Assembly: GCA_963702845.1 (NCBI GenBank)
Contig: OY969763.1
Coordinates: 1,824,001 to 1,888,000 of the forward strand
Reading direction: 5' to 3'
DNA: 64,000 bases
Source: an uncultured Verrucomicrobiae bacterium
GTDB taxonomy: Bacteria > Verrucomicrobiota > Verrucomicrobiia > Limisphaerales > Palsa-1400
The position numbers were made by a program, and so were the translations under genes. Below, in pieces: positions 19,382-30,130 of this stretch (position 1 is its first letter; every line of letters starts with the position of its first letter). A model generated the notes under the pieces. The model searched no databases and was not told the origin of the DNA. It saw only the letters and a program-made list of their open reading frames with translations.

Positions 19382-21967
19382 TTGGAAGCTTCCGGAGCTT
19401 TGCTCATTATGAGCCGCATGATGCGGCGGTGGGCGGCCTTCATCTTGATGTTCGCTGCAATTACGATCTGTGGCTTGGCGCAACAATACGGGTTGGATTC
19501 ACGCGCGCCGATCGCCGCGTTCGTGAACGGTCATCTACCCGGCTTTTTGGTATCAGCATCCGGGCCATGGCAGGTGGTCAGTGCATTTCCAGGCCTACAA
19601 TACGCGTTCACCGATCCGACGCTCATCACTGCCGCCCCTCGCGACACCAACCGTCTTTACGTCGGCTGCCGTCAGGGGAAAATTTATTTTTTCACGAATA
19701 ACCCAGCGACAAGCAACGCGACGGTTTTTCTCGATCTCACCGCGAGCACGCAAGGGGGCGGCGATTGTGGATTGCTCGGCCTGGCGTTTCATCCGGAGTT
19801 CGGTCTCGCTGGGTCCACCAATCGCGGTTACTTCTACGTTTACCGGAATTACTCCGCGACTCCTACTCCAACTCCATTTCTCGACACACCGACTTACGAT
19901 CGTTTGTCTCGTTTCACTTTGGCCGATAGCGCAACCACCGTTGATCCCGCAACCGAACTCATCCTCGTCAATCAATACGACCAAAGTACCTGGCACAATG
20001 GAGGCGCGATGTTCTTCGGCGATGATGGCATGTTGTATTTCACCGACGGCGATGAAGGCGGCTCAGACGATCAGTATAACAGCACGCAACGGATCAACGT
20101 CGGATTGTTAAGTGGTGTTTTCCGTATCGACGTGAACAAGAACCCGACCAAAAGCCATCCCATTCGTCGGCAACCGAAATCGAGCAGTTCCAGGTTTCCG
20201 GCCAGTTCCAGCGGGAACTACTACATCCCCAATGACAATCCATTCGTCAACCCAAACGGCAGCAACCTGGAAGAATTTTGGGCGCTCGGTTTGCGCAGTC
20301 CGCACCGGATGACGGAGGATTATTTCACGCAAAAAATCTGGCTCGGCGATGTCGGTGACGTGAGTCGCGAGGAAATCGATATCATTCAAAAAGGCGGCAA
20401 CTATCAGTATGCCTATGAAGAAGGATTTCTCAGCGGCCCAAAAACCAAGCCTTCCCCACTCATCGGCACGGACACCCCGCCCATTTACGATTACGACCAT
20501 TCAACCGGAAACACTTGTGTCATCGGGGGCTATGTCTATCGCGGTTCGCTGTATCCGGAATTGTTTGGGCAATATATTTTCGGCGACAACACTTCCGGTC
20601 GAATTTTCGCTATGACCTACGACTTCGTGCACGTGCCTGTCGTAACGAATCTTGCGTCGCTTCCTTCCGGTTTGACCGCTTACACGGGGTTGTCCTCGTT
20701 TGGGCTCGATTCGAGCAACGAACTTTACATGTGCCGCATGGGTGCCCCGGGCGACATCTTGAAACTGGTGCGCTTGACCGTGACCAATTCGCCGCCGCCG
20801 CAGCTTTCGAAGACCGGCATTTTTTCGAACCTGACGACTTTAACGCCGACCAATGGCATCATCCCATACACCGTGAACGTTCCGTTCTGGAGCGATGGCG
20901 CGGTGAAACAACGTTGGATTGCTTTGCCCAACGACGGCTCGCCGTATGGCACAAATGAACAAATTGCGTTCGCACCCACAGGTGAATGGAGTTTTCCGAT
21001 GGGGACGGTGTTCATCAAACATTTCAGCCTGCAAACGAACGATGCGGATCCAAATGCGTTGCATCGCCTCGAGACGCGCGTGCTAGTCTTGGACACGAAT
21101 CACTCCGTTTACGGCGTCACTTACAAATGGCGTTCGGATCAAAGCGATGCCGACTTGCTAAATACCAACGTCACCGAAGCGATCACGATTCAGACCGCAA
21201 GCGGAACGCGCACTCAAAATTGGTATTACCCGAGCCCGCACGATTGCGTCACGTGCCACAATCTGAATGCGAATTTTGTTCTTGGCGTCAAAACGCGCCA
21301 ATTGAATTGCACGTTCACGTATCCGACAACCGCCCGAACCGACAACCAACTTCGAACGTGGAATTACTTGGGCATGTTCAACCCGGCGATCGTTGAATCG
21401 AACATCGCCACCTATGCCGCGGTGAATGTGACGAACACATCGCTGTCTCTGGTGCATCGCGCAAAATCCTACGTCGATGTTAACTGCGGCTTTTGCCATC
21501 GTCCCGGCGGCGTCTCCCAGGCCGCGTGGGATGGCCGTTTCGACACGTCGATTACCAACCAGAACATCGTGAACGCGACAGCCCTCAACGCCTTGGGAAT
21601 CGCCGACGCTCGCATTATCCGCTCTGGCAGCATTACTCAATCGGTGATGCGTGCGCGCATGAATTCCATCGGAGGGCCGGCCATGCCGCCACTGGCGAAG
21701 ACAACCGTCGATACAAATGCTGTCGCGCTGTTCGACTCATGGATTCTCAGTCTGACCAACGCGCCCTGTTTCGAAACCAGCGCCGACACCAATGGCCCGT
21801 TCATCCTCGTGCATGGACAACCTGGTATGAGTTACGCGTTGCAAGCCACCGCGGATTTTACCAACTGGCCTGCGATTTCGACGATGTTCGACCAGACTAG
21901 TCGCTACATCAACGGTGACACGCCCGACGCTGCGCTCCGTTTCTACCGGCTACAACTGCCGCCGTAA
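19382..21967 (+). CDS. Secreted PQQ-dependent sugar dehydrogenase (GSDH) fused to a di-heme cytochrome c domain
   Basis: GLLGLAFHP, HNGG, GLRSPHR, VIGGYVYRG; CxxCH motifs CVTCH and CGFCH. Confidence 0.88.
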   Translation: MEASGALLIMSRMMRRWAAFILMFAAITICGLAQQYGLDSRAPIAAFVNGHLPGFLVSASGPWQVVSAFPGLQYAFTDPTLITAAPRDTNRLYVGCRQGKIYFFTNNPATSNATVFLDLTASTQGGGDCGLLGLAFHPEFGLAGSTNRGYFYVYRNYSATPTPTPFLDTPTYDRLSRFTLADSATTVDPATELILVNQYDQSTWHNGGAMFFGDDGMLYFTDGDEGGSDDQYNSTQRINVGLLSGVFRIDVNKNPTKSHPIRRQPKSSSSRFPASSSGNYYIPNDNPFVNPNGSNLEEFWALGLRSPHRMTEDYFTQKIWLGDVGDVSREEIDIIQKGGNYQYAYEEGFLSGPKTKPSPLIGTDTPPIYDYDHSTGNTCVIGGYVYRGSLYPELFGQYIFGDNTSGRIFAMTYDFVHVPVVTNLASLPSGLTAYTGLSSFGLDSSNELYMCRMGAPGDILKLVRLTVTNSPPPQLSKTGIFSNLTTLTPTNGIIPYTVNVPFWSDGAVKQRWIALPNDGSPYGTNEQIAFAPTGEWSFPMGTVFIKHFSLQTNDADPNALHRLETRVLVLDTNHSVYGVTYKWRSDQSDADLLNTNVTEAITIQTASGTRTQNWYYPSPHDCVTCHNLNANFVLGVKTRQLNCTFTYPTTARTDNQLRTWNYLGMFNPAIVESNIATYAAVNVTNTSLSLVHRAKSYVDVNCGFCHRPGGVSQAAWDGRFDTSITNQNIVNATALNALGIADARIIRSGSITQSVMRARMNSIGGPAMPPLAKTTVDTNAVALFDSWILSLTNAPCFETSADTNGPFILVHGQPGMSYALQATADFTNWPAISTMFDQTSRYINGDTPDAALRFYRLQLPP

Positions 21968-22045
21968 ACGCGTCGAAGTGAAGCGGGACAATCGGCGTTC
22001 ATTCCAGCGTTCGTCGTGCGGTTCCGATTGTTAGCTGCTGCGCTT

Positions 22046-23998
22046 CTAAACGCCCACCGGTTCCTGGACTTGCTCGGTCGTCGGAACATCCGGATCACCG
22101 ACCGGCGTATTGGGATCGCGTCCGATCAGTTCGTTGAAGGCGTGCGAATCGAGTGTCTCGTGCTTGAGCAGTTCGGCAGTGACGGTAGCCAGTTGCGACT
22201 GGTGCGCCAAAAGAATTTCCCGCGCTTCCACGTAGGCGAGATCAAGAATGCGTTTCACTTCTTCGTCGATTTCGCGCGCGGTCTGTTCGCTGCAATCACG
22301 TTGAAGACTCGCATTGCCTTGCATGAATACCGGCCCCGGATGCGTTGCGCAATGAGCAAGGCCAAGCTTTTCGCTCATGCCATAGATGCAGACCATTTGC
22401 CGCGCAAGCGCCGTGGCTCGTTCCAGATCGTTCTCGGCGCCGGTCGTGATATCGTGGAAAATGATTTCTTCGGACGCGCGTCCGCCGAGAATTCCGCGAA
22501 TCTTATCCATCAACTCTTCCTGGCTGAGAAGGAACTGGTCGTCCGATGGCAACTGCATCGTGTAACCAAGCGCCGCGCGCCCGCGTGGAATGATGCTGAT
22601 TTTGTGCACCGGATCCGCGTGCTTGCTATAAGCCGCGACGAGGGCGTGGCCGACTTCGTGAAACGCCACACGCTTTTTCTGGTCCTGATTCAAACGCCGA
22701 CTCTTGCGTTCGGGTCCGGCGACGACTTTCTCGATCGCCTGCTCCAAATCATGCTGATCAATCGCTTTGCCATGCCGTCTGGCAGCGAGAAGCGCGGCTT
22801 CGTTCAAAGCGTTGGCAAGGTCAGCGCCCGAAAATCCCGGCGTTGCCTGCGCAATCTTTCGTAACTCCACAGTGCTCAATAGCGGAATGTTGCGCGAATG
22901 CACTTTGAGAATGGCCTCGCGACCATCGATGTCTGGTGCGTCCACGACGACTTGTCGATCAAATCGGCCAGGGCGCAATAACGCGCGATCCAAAACATCG
23001 GGACGGTTTGTCGCAGCCAGCAAAATCACACCGGCGTTCGCTTCGAAGCCATCCATCTCGACGAGCAATTGATTCAGTGTCTGCTCGCGTTCGTCGTTGA
23101 CGGAGCCAACGTGGACACCGCGTTGACGACCGATCGCGTCCAGTTCGTCGATGAACACGATGCATGGCGCTTTGACTTTGGCCTGTTGAAATAAATCGCG
23201 AACACGCGCCGCGCCAACACCGACAAACATCTCCACAAAATCGCTGCCGCTGAGTTGGAAGAACGGCACCTTTGCTTCACCGGCAACGGCGCGGGCCAAT
23301 AAAGTTTTCCCGGTACCCGGCGGGCCGACCAGTAACACGCCTTTTGGAATTTTCGCGCCAAGTGATTTGTAGCGGTCTGGATTGCGCAAGAAATCAACGA
23401 CTTCTTGAAGCTCATATTTAGCTTCGTCACAACCGGCGACGTCGTTGAAAGTCACGCCGGTTTCCTGGTCTGCTACCATGCGGGCGCGGCTCTTGCCAAA
23501 TGACAAAACCGATTCGCCAACGGACCCCATCCGTTTGCTGAGGACCATCCACAAAACCATCATGATTGCGATTGGGAATATCCACGCCCATATAAAAGTG
23601 GTGAGCATGCCCGGCCGCACGCCTTGATATTGGACGTGCTTGGCTTCCAGCTCTGCCACGAGATTTGGGTCTTCGACTCGGACGGTGCGGAACTCGAAGG
23701 GTGTGGTCGGCCAGTTTAAATTAGTGTGCGTTTGTGAATAGTGCGGACCGGGCTTGGGCGTGATGGTGCCGCTGATTTCGTCGCCGCGGATTTGAATGGA
23801 TTGAACTTCGTTGCTGGCGAGTGAGGTTTTGAAATCGCTGTACGTGATTTGCCGCACCGTCATGCGCGTGAACAATTCCTGCCACGCCAGCAGTAAAACC
23901 AGCATCAAAAGAAAATAGCCGATTGAAAAGCGCCACCCGGGCTTATTGCTGCCTTCGGGCGGCTTTTGCTGCTTCGGCTCCGACTTACGATCCAACAT
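22046..23998 (-). CDS. ftsH: ATP-dependent zinc metalloprotease FtsH
   Basis: Two TM helices, [21 protein letters not shown]. True start MLDRKS; the track's extension overlaps ileS. Confidence 0.97.
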   Translation of the reverse strand: MLDRKSEPKQQKPPEGSNKPGWRFSIGYFLLMLVLLLAWQELFTRMTVRQITYSDFKTSLASNEVQSIQIRGDEISGTITPKPGPHYSQTHTNLNWPTTPFEFRTVRVEDPNLVAELEAKHVQYQGVRPGMLTTFIWAWIFPIAIMMVLWMVLSKRMGSVGESVLSFGKSRARMVADQETGVTFNDVAGCDEAKYELQEVVDFLRNPDRYKSLGAKIPKGVLLVGPPGTGKTLLARAVAGEAKVPFFQLSGSDFVEMFVGVGAARVRDLFQQAKVKAPCIVFIDELDAIGRQRGVHVGSVNDEREQTLNQLLVEMDGFEANAGVILLAATNRPDVLDRALLRPGRFDRQVVVDAPDIDGREAILKVHSRNIPLLSTVELRKIAQATPGFSGADLANALNEAALLAARRHGKAIDQHDLEQAIEKVVAGPERKSRRLNQDQKKRVAFHEVGHALVAAYSKHADPVHKISIIPRGRAALGYTMQLPSDDQFLLSQEELMDKIRGILGGRASEEIIFHDITTGAENDLERATALARQMVCIYGMSEKLGLAHCATHPGPVFMQGNASLQRDCSEQTAREIDEEVKRILDLAYVEAREILLAHQSQLATVTAELLKHETLDSHAFNELIGRDPNTPVGDPDVPTTEQVQEPVGV

Positions 23999-24190
23999 AC
24001 GTCCTTGTTCGGCCTGTGCCGCATGTAAACTTACCCTGTCGCAACTAAATAGCAAAAGCGGGGGGCACGGTGGTTGGGGACGCATGAAAACCCCACTTAT
24101 GCTTAAGGGTTGCTCCCGAAAGCAGCTTCGGGCGTGTGCGCGCCACATTGACACACCTTCGCACCGCTGGTACAGTTCGCTCCTTTGTCG

Positions 24191-27037
24191 ATGGATTACA
24201 AAACTACATTGAACCTGCCGCAAACCGGTTTTCCGATGAAAGCCGATTTGATCGCGCGCGAACCGCAACGCCTGCAAAAATGGGAATCGGCCAAACTTTA
24301 CCAATCCATTCAGCAACAACGCGCCTCGGCCGAGAAGTTCGTCTTGCACGACGGCCCGCCGTTTGCGAATGGCGACGTCCATGTCGGCACTGCCCTTAAT
24401 AAGATTCTCAAAGACATCATTGTTAAATACCAAACGTCCCGCGGCAAAAATGCGCCCTACGTCCCGGGTTGGGATTGTCACGGCCTGCCTATCGAGTTCA
24501 AAGTCACGCAGGAAATGCGTAAGGCCGGTGAGAAGGCGACCGATGCCGCGACTGTGCGAAAAGCCTGCGACGCTTACGCGCGCAAGTTCATCGACATCCA
24601 GCGCACGCAATTCAAGCGCCTCGGTGTTTTAGGTGATTGGGAAAACCCATACCTGACGCTCAATAAAGAATACGAAGCCGACGAGCTTCGCTTGTTTGCC
24701 GATATCGTGGAAAAAGGTTTCGTCTATCGCGGCAAAAAACCGGTGTATTGGAGTATTCCGGCTCGGACTGCTTTGGCCGAAGCCGAAGTTGAATATCACG
24801 ATCACGTCAGCCAGAGTATCTACGTAAAGTTTCCAGTGGTCGGTGAGCCGAACACATTCGTGCTCATCTGGACGACAACTCCGTGGACGTTGCCGGCGAA
24901 TCTCGCTGTCGCTTATAATTCCACGCTCGAATATTTTTTGGTCCAGGTCGGAGAGGAAAAATATTGGGTGCTTTCGCAGTTGCTCGGGACGGTCGCCGAA
25001 AAAGCAAAATGGGACGACCACAAAGTCATCCGCAAAGCTCCCGGTGCGGAACTTGCGTCTTTGCAATATCAGCATCCGTTTTGCAATCGCACCGGCAAGC
25101 TGTTCGCAGGCGATAATTTTGTCGAAAGCTCCACCGGCACTGGCTTCGTTCACATTGCCCCCGGTCACGGCTTGGACGACTACAACGTCGGACGACAAAA
25201 CAATCAACCGATCTACTCGCCGGTCGACGACGACGGCGCGCTCGCTTACACGAGCGATCTTCCTCGCGAGCAACAAATGCCGCAGGAGATGGTTGGCAAA
25301 TCCATTTTGGAAAAACATGGCAAGAGCGACGCTAACGAAGCGGTTCTGCATGAACTGCGCGTTCGTCACGCCTTGTTGCACCAGGAAAATTATCACCACA
25401 GCTATCCGTTCTGTTGGCGCAGCAAGACGCCGATTATTTTTCGGGCGATGGACCAATGGTTCGTTGCCATCGATCATCAGATCCGCGCGCGTGAGCAAGC
25501 GGTTTCCGCGGAAGCCATTCCCTTTCGCCAGCAAGCTTTAAAAGAAATCGACCGCGTAAAATGGATCCCCGAATGGGGCGTTAACCGCATCAAAGGCGCT
25601 GTCGAAGGCCGTCCCGACTGGTGCATCTCGCGTCAACGCACTTGGGGCGTGCCGATTCCCGCATTTTACGATGCTCAAGGCAACCCGAGCCTCGACGCCG
25701 AAATCGTCCGCAACACCGCAAAGCTAATCGAACAACACGGCTCCAATGTGTGGTTCGAAAAATCCGTTTCCGAACTCTGGGCTTTAGTGAAACCTGCAAA
25801 TTGGGAGGGCAATGATCCAGTCGCAAAGTCGAATGACACGCTCGACGTCTGGATCGACTCAGGTTCGTCGTCACGTGCTGTGCTGATGCGTCGTTCGGAA
25901 CTGCAACATCCGTCAGCGAAGGATGCGCAAAAATGGCAAGCGGACGTTTACCTTGAAGGCTCCGACCAACACCGCGGCTGGTTCCAATCCTCATTGCTTC
26001 TGTCTCTGGCCGGCAACGGCGTCGCCCCATTCAAAACCGTTCTCACCCACGGTTTCATGGTCGACGCCGATCGCGAAAAAATCTCCAAGAGCAAACAAGG
26101 CGCAGGTGCATATGAAAAACCCCAGACCGCCGAAGCCTACGTCAACAAATACGGCGCAGACATCGTCCGCCTTTGGGTTGCGTCACAAGATTATCGCAAC
26201 GACATCGTTGTCAGCGACGAACGCATCGCGAAGGTGAGCGAGACCTATCGTAACCTGCGCAACACATTGCGCTATCAACTTTCGAACCTCTACGATTTCG
26301 ACCCGGCGAAACACACCGTCGCCGATGACAAACTGACCGGTTTCGATCGCTGGATTCTCGCGCAATTTGCAAACCTGCAAAAAGAAGTCTTGGCTGCGTA
26401 CGACAACTACGAGTTCCATGTCGTCTATCAAAAGATCAGCCAATTCGCCGCCGTCGAACTTTCCTCGATCTATCACGACATCGTCAAAGACCGTCTCTAC
26501 ACCGACGCCGCAAATTCAGCGCGCCGTCGCTCCACGCAAACTGCGTTGAATCGTATGATCACCGGCGTGTGCCAGATGCTTGCGCCGGTTCTGGCGTTTA
26601 CTGCTGATGAAGCGTGGGAATTCATTCCCGGCGCGAGTGGTTCTTCCGTTCACCTCGCCACTACGCGACCGGAAACGATCGCGCTCAGCGACAATGAGAA
26701 GGTCCAGTGGGAAGTCATGTTCAGCATCCGCGACAAAGTGTTGCCAGTCCTCGAAAAAGGCCGACAGGAAAAACTTATCGGCAAAGCTTTAGAAGCTAAA
26801 GTCGAATTATTTGGTGTTGTTGATAAGGAAATCATGGATGCAAAACTCCAGGATGACCTGCGCGAAGTTCTGAACGTTTCGCAATTGAAACTCCACGGCG
26901 GCAACGAAGAATTGCGCATCGTCGTCTCGAAAGCCGATGGCGAAAAATGCGAGCGTTGTTGGCACTTTGAAACAACCATCGGCGCTAGCAAGGAACATCC
27001 GACTCTCTGCCACCGTTGCGTTGAGGCTGTACAATAA
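24191..27037 (+). CDS. ileS: Isoleucine--tRNA ligase (type 1)
   Basis: LHDGPPFANG, GWDCHGLP, WTTTPWTLP, EGSDQHRGWF, KISKS, C-terminal CERCW..CHRC. Confidence 0.98.
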   Translation: MDYKTTLNLPQTGFPMKADLIAREPQRLQKWESAKLYQSIQQQRASAEKFVLHDGPPFANGDVHVGTALNKILKDIIVKYQTSRGKNAPYVPGWDCHGLPIEFKVTQEMRKAGEKATDAATVRKACDAYARKFIDIQRTQFKRLGVLGDWENPYLTLNKEYEADELRLFADIVEKGFVYRGKKPVYWSIPARTALAEAEVEYHDHVSQSIYVKFPVVGEPNTFVLIWTTTPWTLPANLAVAYNSTLEYFLVQVGEEKYWVLSQLLGTVAEKAKWDDHKVIRKAPGAELASLQYQHPFCNRTGKLFAGDNFVESSTGTGFVHIAPGHGLDDYNVGRQNNQPIYSPVDDDGALAYTSDLPREQQMPQEMVGKSILEKHGKSDANEAVLHELRVRHALLHQENYHHSYPFCWRSKTPIIFRAMDQWFVAIDHQIRAREQAVSAEAIPFRQQALKEIDRVKWIPEWGVNRIKGAVEGRPDWCISRQRTWGVPIPAFYDAQGNPSLDAEIVRNTAKLIEQHGSNVWFEKSVSELWALVKPANWEGNDPVAKSNDTLDVWIDSGSSSRAVLMRRSELQHPSAKDAQKWQADVYLEGSDQHRGWFQSSLLLSLAGNGVAPFKTVLTHGFMVDADREKISKSKQGAGAYEKPQTAEAYVNKYGADIVRLWVASQDYRNDIVVSDERIAKVSETYRNLRNTLRYQLSNLYDFDPAKHTVADDKLTGFDRWILAQFANLQKEVLAAYDNYEFHVVYQKISQFAAVELSSIYHDIVKDRLYTDAANSARRRSTQTALNRMITGVCQMLAPVLAFTADEAWEFIPGASGSSVHLATTRPETIALSDNEKVQWEVMFSIRDKVLPVLEKGRQEKLIGKALEAKVELFGVVDKEIMDAKLQDDLREVLNVSQLKLHGGNEELRIVVSKADGEKCERCWHFETTIGASKEHPTLCHRCVEAVQ

Positions 27038-27230
27038 AACAAAAAGCTAACGCGCTTGATATTTGTTACGCCTCCGCAGAGGGTTTGTAACGCCTTTTGT
27101 AACGGATAAAAACGCAAAAATCACCAATGTTTACAGGGGTTGTAACGATGTAACGGGTCAAACCCCCTGGAAGGGTGGGGGTGCGGCATTTTGAGGTTGC
27201 TCCATCCCTACAAACCGATAACTTCGCCCC

Positions 27231-27545
27231 ATGCCTGTTGAGACGTTTGTAGCCAGCCGATGGACGACCGGCAACCTGTTCTTCCCGACGATCATCGAAG
27301 TTTCTGAAAAGGCCGTCGTCCGTCGTAAGAAGCGATTCTTCGGCATGGACGAAATCAGCATGAGCATCAGCAAGGTCGCTTCGGTTCATATCAAGACCGG
27401 GATGGTGTGGTCCGAAATCCTGATCGAATCCAGCGGCGGCAGCGACCCTCTTCGAAGTCACGGCCACACCAAAGAAGACGCTCGCCGCATCCGCGACCTC
27501 ATCGAAAGCTACCAATCCCAGTTCGTACAGAAACAAAACGAATGA
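27231..27545 (+). CDS. Bacterial PH-domain-like protein
   Basis: ASRWTTGNLFFPT..SISKVASVHIKTG..IESSGG; beta-rich with a C-terminal helix. Confidence 0.7.
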   Translation: MPVETFVASRWTTGNLFFPTIIEVSEKAVVRRKKRFFGMDEISMSISKVASVHIKTGMVWSEILIESSGGSDPLRSHGHTKEDARRIRDLIESYQSQFVQKQNE

Positions 27546-28192
27546 ACTCCTTCAAACTCATCTTTGCGAGCCTCTGTGTTCTCTGTGTCACTGTGTTAAT
27601 GCAGCCGCTCAGTCGCACGTTCACGATCAATATTTTGTTTCACTCAAGCCCACCAAATCCTTCGCAGGTTGGGAAGGCGACACCAATTTCTGGCGTTATC
27701 GAAAAAGGCGCGTTCGTTGGCGGTTCGCTGAAGAAGACCGTTCCTCACAACGATTTCCTCTGCACCAAAACGCAATTCACCAACTTCGTCCTGACATTAA
27801 AGTTCAAGCTCGTCGGCACAAATGGCTTCATCAATGGCGGCGTCCAATTCCGCAGCCAACGCGTCCCGAACAATTTCGAAGCGAGCGGTTATCAGGCTGA
27901 CATGGGCGACCCTGCCTGGTGGGGCTGTCTTTACGACGAGTCCCGCCGCGACAAAGTTCTCGTTCATTCCGACATGGCCAAGGTGAACAAGGTCCTGAAG
28001 CGAAATGATTGGAACGACTACAAAATCCGTTGCGAAGGAAAACACATTCAACTTTGGATCAACGGCGTTCAAACCGTTGATTATACCGAGTCGGACCCGA
28101 ACATTCCCGAATACGGCATCATTGGTCTCCAAATCCACGGCGGCGGTAAAGCTGAAGCGTGGTATAAAGACATCGCTGTCGAGCTGCTGTAA
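27542..28192 (+). CDS. DUF1080 (3-keto-disaccharide hydrolase-like) secreted protein; internal compensating frameshifts
   Basis: NGGVQFRS, GYQAD, DWNDY, IGLQIHGG; conserved FAGWEGDTNFWR lies in another frame at ~27660-27696. Confidence 0.85.
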   Translation: MNSFKLIFASLCVLCVTVLMQPLSRTFTINILFHSSPPNPSQVGKATPISGVIEKGAFVGGSLKKTVPHNDFLCTKTQFTNFVLTLKFKLVGTNGFINGGVQFRSQRVPNNFEASGYQADMGDPAWWGCLYDESRRDKVLVHSDMAKVNKVLKRNDWNDYKIRCEGKHIQLWINGVQTVDYTESDPNIPEYGIIGLQIHGGGKAEAWYKDIAVELL

Positions 28193-28223
28193 CTGGCATC
28201 ACTGATCCTGAGTCTTAACACGC

Positions 28224-29600
28224 ATGCGCACCTGCTTCCTTTCACTGCTAACAGTTTTATTCTGCGTCGCTGCATTCGGCGCTGGACGAAAACCGAACGT
28301 CCTTTACGTCGTTGCCGACATGCAACGCCCCCAATCGATGGGCTGCTACGGCGACCCATACGCGCATACTCCGAACCTCGACAAGTTCGCTAAGCAAGGC
28401 CTTCAGTTGAACGCCGCTATTTCTGCGACGCCGGTTTGCTGCCCGTATCGCGCCGGATTGATGAGCGGTCAATGCTCGCATCACAACGGCATGTTGAGCA
28501 ACGGTTGCAAATTCACGCCGACCACGAAGTGCATGGGTGAAACCTTCCGCGACGCTGGTTACGAAATGGGTTATCTCGGCAAATGGCATCTTGGTCATCC
28601 GCAGAAAGATGGCAAGACGTGGGGTTTCCCGGCGCCCGGGACCGAATATGGCATTTATGATTTCGAACGCAACCCGACTCCGACCACCGATGTCGGTCTG
28701 AAATTCATCGCCGAAAAAAGTAAAGCCGAAAAGCCATGGTTCCTTGTCGTTTCATGGATCATGCCTCACGAACCTTACAAAGCTCCGAAGGGCTACGCTG
28801 ATCATTTCCCGCACCCGTCCATTCGTCCAAACGTCCCGCCCGGCAAGCCCCACGATTTCGCCGTTAAGAACATGCCTGATTACTACGGCATGATCGAAAA
28901 GATCGACGAAGAGTTCGGTCGTCTCATCAAGGCATTGTCCGACGCTGGAGTCGCCGATGACACGATCGTTATTTTTTCATCGGACCATGGTGACATGATC
29001 GGTTCGCAGGGCTACAAAGCCAAACGTTGGCCCTATGAAGAGTCCGCCCGCATTCCCTATCTCATCCGCTACCCGCGTGCGTTGAAAGCCGGGCGGGCAA
29101 TTGATGAACCGTTTTCAAATATCGACGCGTATCCGACCATTGCGGGTCTTTCTGGATTGTCCGCGCCGAAGAAGGTCGATGGTCTCGATTTCTCAGCCTT
29201 TTTCACCGGAAAAGTTCCGAAACCACCGCGCGACTTCGTCTACCTGGAAATGCCTTATGCCTTTGTGCCATGGCCTGGTTGGCGCGCCATCCGCACCGCG
29301 GATATGATGTATTCCCGCATTTCCGACAAATCATGGCTCCTCTACAATCTCAAGAATGATCCTTACGAAACGAACAACCTTATCTCAACCGACCAGACGC
29401 TCACGAAGGAAATGGACGAGCGCCTAACCGCTGCGATGAAACAATATGGCGACTCGTGGTCGGAGAAAGCTACGACCGGCGATATCGATGCCTGGTTGCC
29501 CGGCGCCTCCAAACAAGCCAGCCAATCACTAGGCGTGCCGTATCCAGGTGAAGCGAAAACAGCTTCGGCCGTTCGCAAGAAAAAGAAGAAAAATCAGTAG
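28224..29600 (+). CDS. Sulfatase (Cys-type)
   Basis: PNVLYVVAD, CCPYRAGLMSG (CxPxR), GKWHL, SSDHG. Confidence 0.95.
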   Translation: MRTCFLSLLTVLFCVAAFGAGRKPNVLYVVADMQRPQSMGCYGDPYAHTPNLDKFAKQGLQLNAAISATPVCCPYRAGLMSGQCSHHNGMLSNGCKFTPTTKCMGETFRDAGYEMGYLGKWHLGHPQKDGKTWGFPAPGTEYGIYDFERNPTPTTDVGLKFIAEKSKAEKPWFLVVSWIMPHEPYKAPKGYADHFPHPSIRPNVPPGKPHDFAVKNMPDYYGMIEKIDEEFGRLIKALSDAGVADDTIVIFSSDHGDMIGSQGYKAKRWPYEESARIPYLIRYPRALKAGRAIDEPFSNIDAYPTIAGLSGLSAPKKVDGLDFSAFFTGKVPKPPRDFVYLEMPYAFVPWPGWRAIRTADMMYSRISDKSWLLYNLKNDPYETNNLISTDQTLTKEMDERLTAAMKQYGDSWSEKATTGDIDAWLPGASKQASQSLGVPYPGEAKTASAVRKKKKKNQ

Positions 29601-30004
29601 TTGGAACCGCTTGACTGTTTCGGGGGCACCGGAGTTTGCGAATGCGGTTGTGCTCCCGCAGATTCCTTAATCTGGTAGTGTTTTTGGTACTGGCATTGGG
29701 GCGGGTTCGAGACAACAAGTCGGCGAGACTCCTTGATAATCGAGCCGTTTGACGCAACCCACAACGTTGGATTGAGTCCCAGTTGCTCAACTTCGACGCG
29801 GTATGACGGGTCGCCATACTTCCTTTCCCGAGTGATCGCGGTAATTGGCTGGTTTCCGATCTCGTTGCGCACCGTAGCTTGCACGGCCGGCGGCATCGCG
29901 TTGAAATTCACTGACTGAGCGCCCTCGAAGCGTTCGTTCCATTGGGCACACCCGGCGAGGATCGTCGCGGCAGCGGTTATAGCGAGAATATGACTGAGTT
30001 TCAT
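29594..30004 (-). CDS. Lipoprotein with PepSY-like domain
   Basis: Lipobox LAGC; MPPAVQATV..YRVEVE..V.SNG. Confidence 0.7.
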   Translation of the reverse strand: MKLSHILAITAAATILAGCAQWNERFEGAQSVNFNAMPPAVQATVRNEIGNQPITAITRERKYGDPSYRVEVEQLGLNPTLWVASNGSIIKESRRLVVSNPPQCQYQKHYQIKESAGAQPHSQTPVPPKQSSGSNY

Positions 30005-30130
30005 AGACTTTCTTTCCTGAGGAAACCAGTCAAACACGAGCCCGGACGAGCACCAATCCGTGGATTGCTGAAATCGAATTAAGAGAAACAGGGAGACATC
30101 GAACCGAATGGAACCGTAGAGTTGCCCGCG

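Noticed and set aside
23999..24610. 200-aa N-terminal extension of FtsH in the ORF track
   Set aside because: Antisense to ileS; FtsH similarity begins at MLDRKS (23998).
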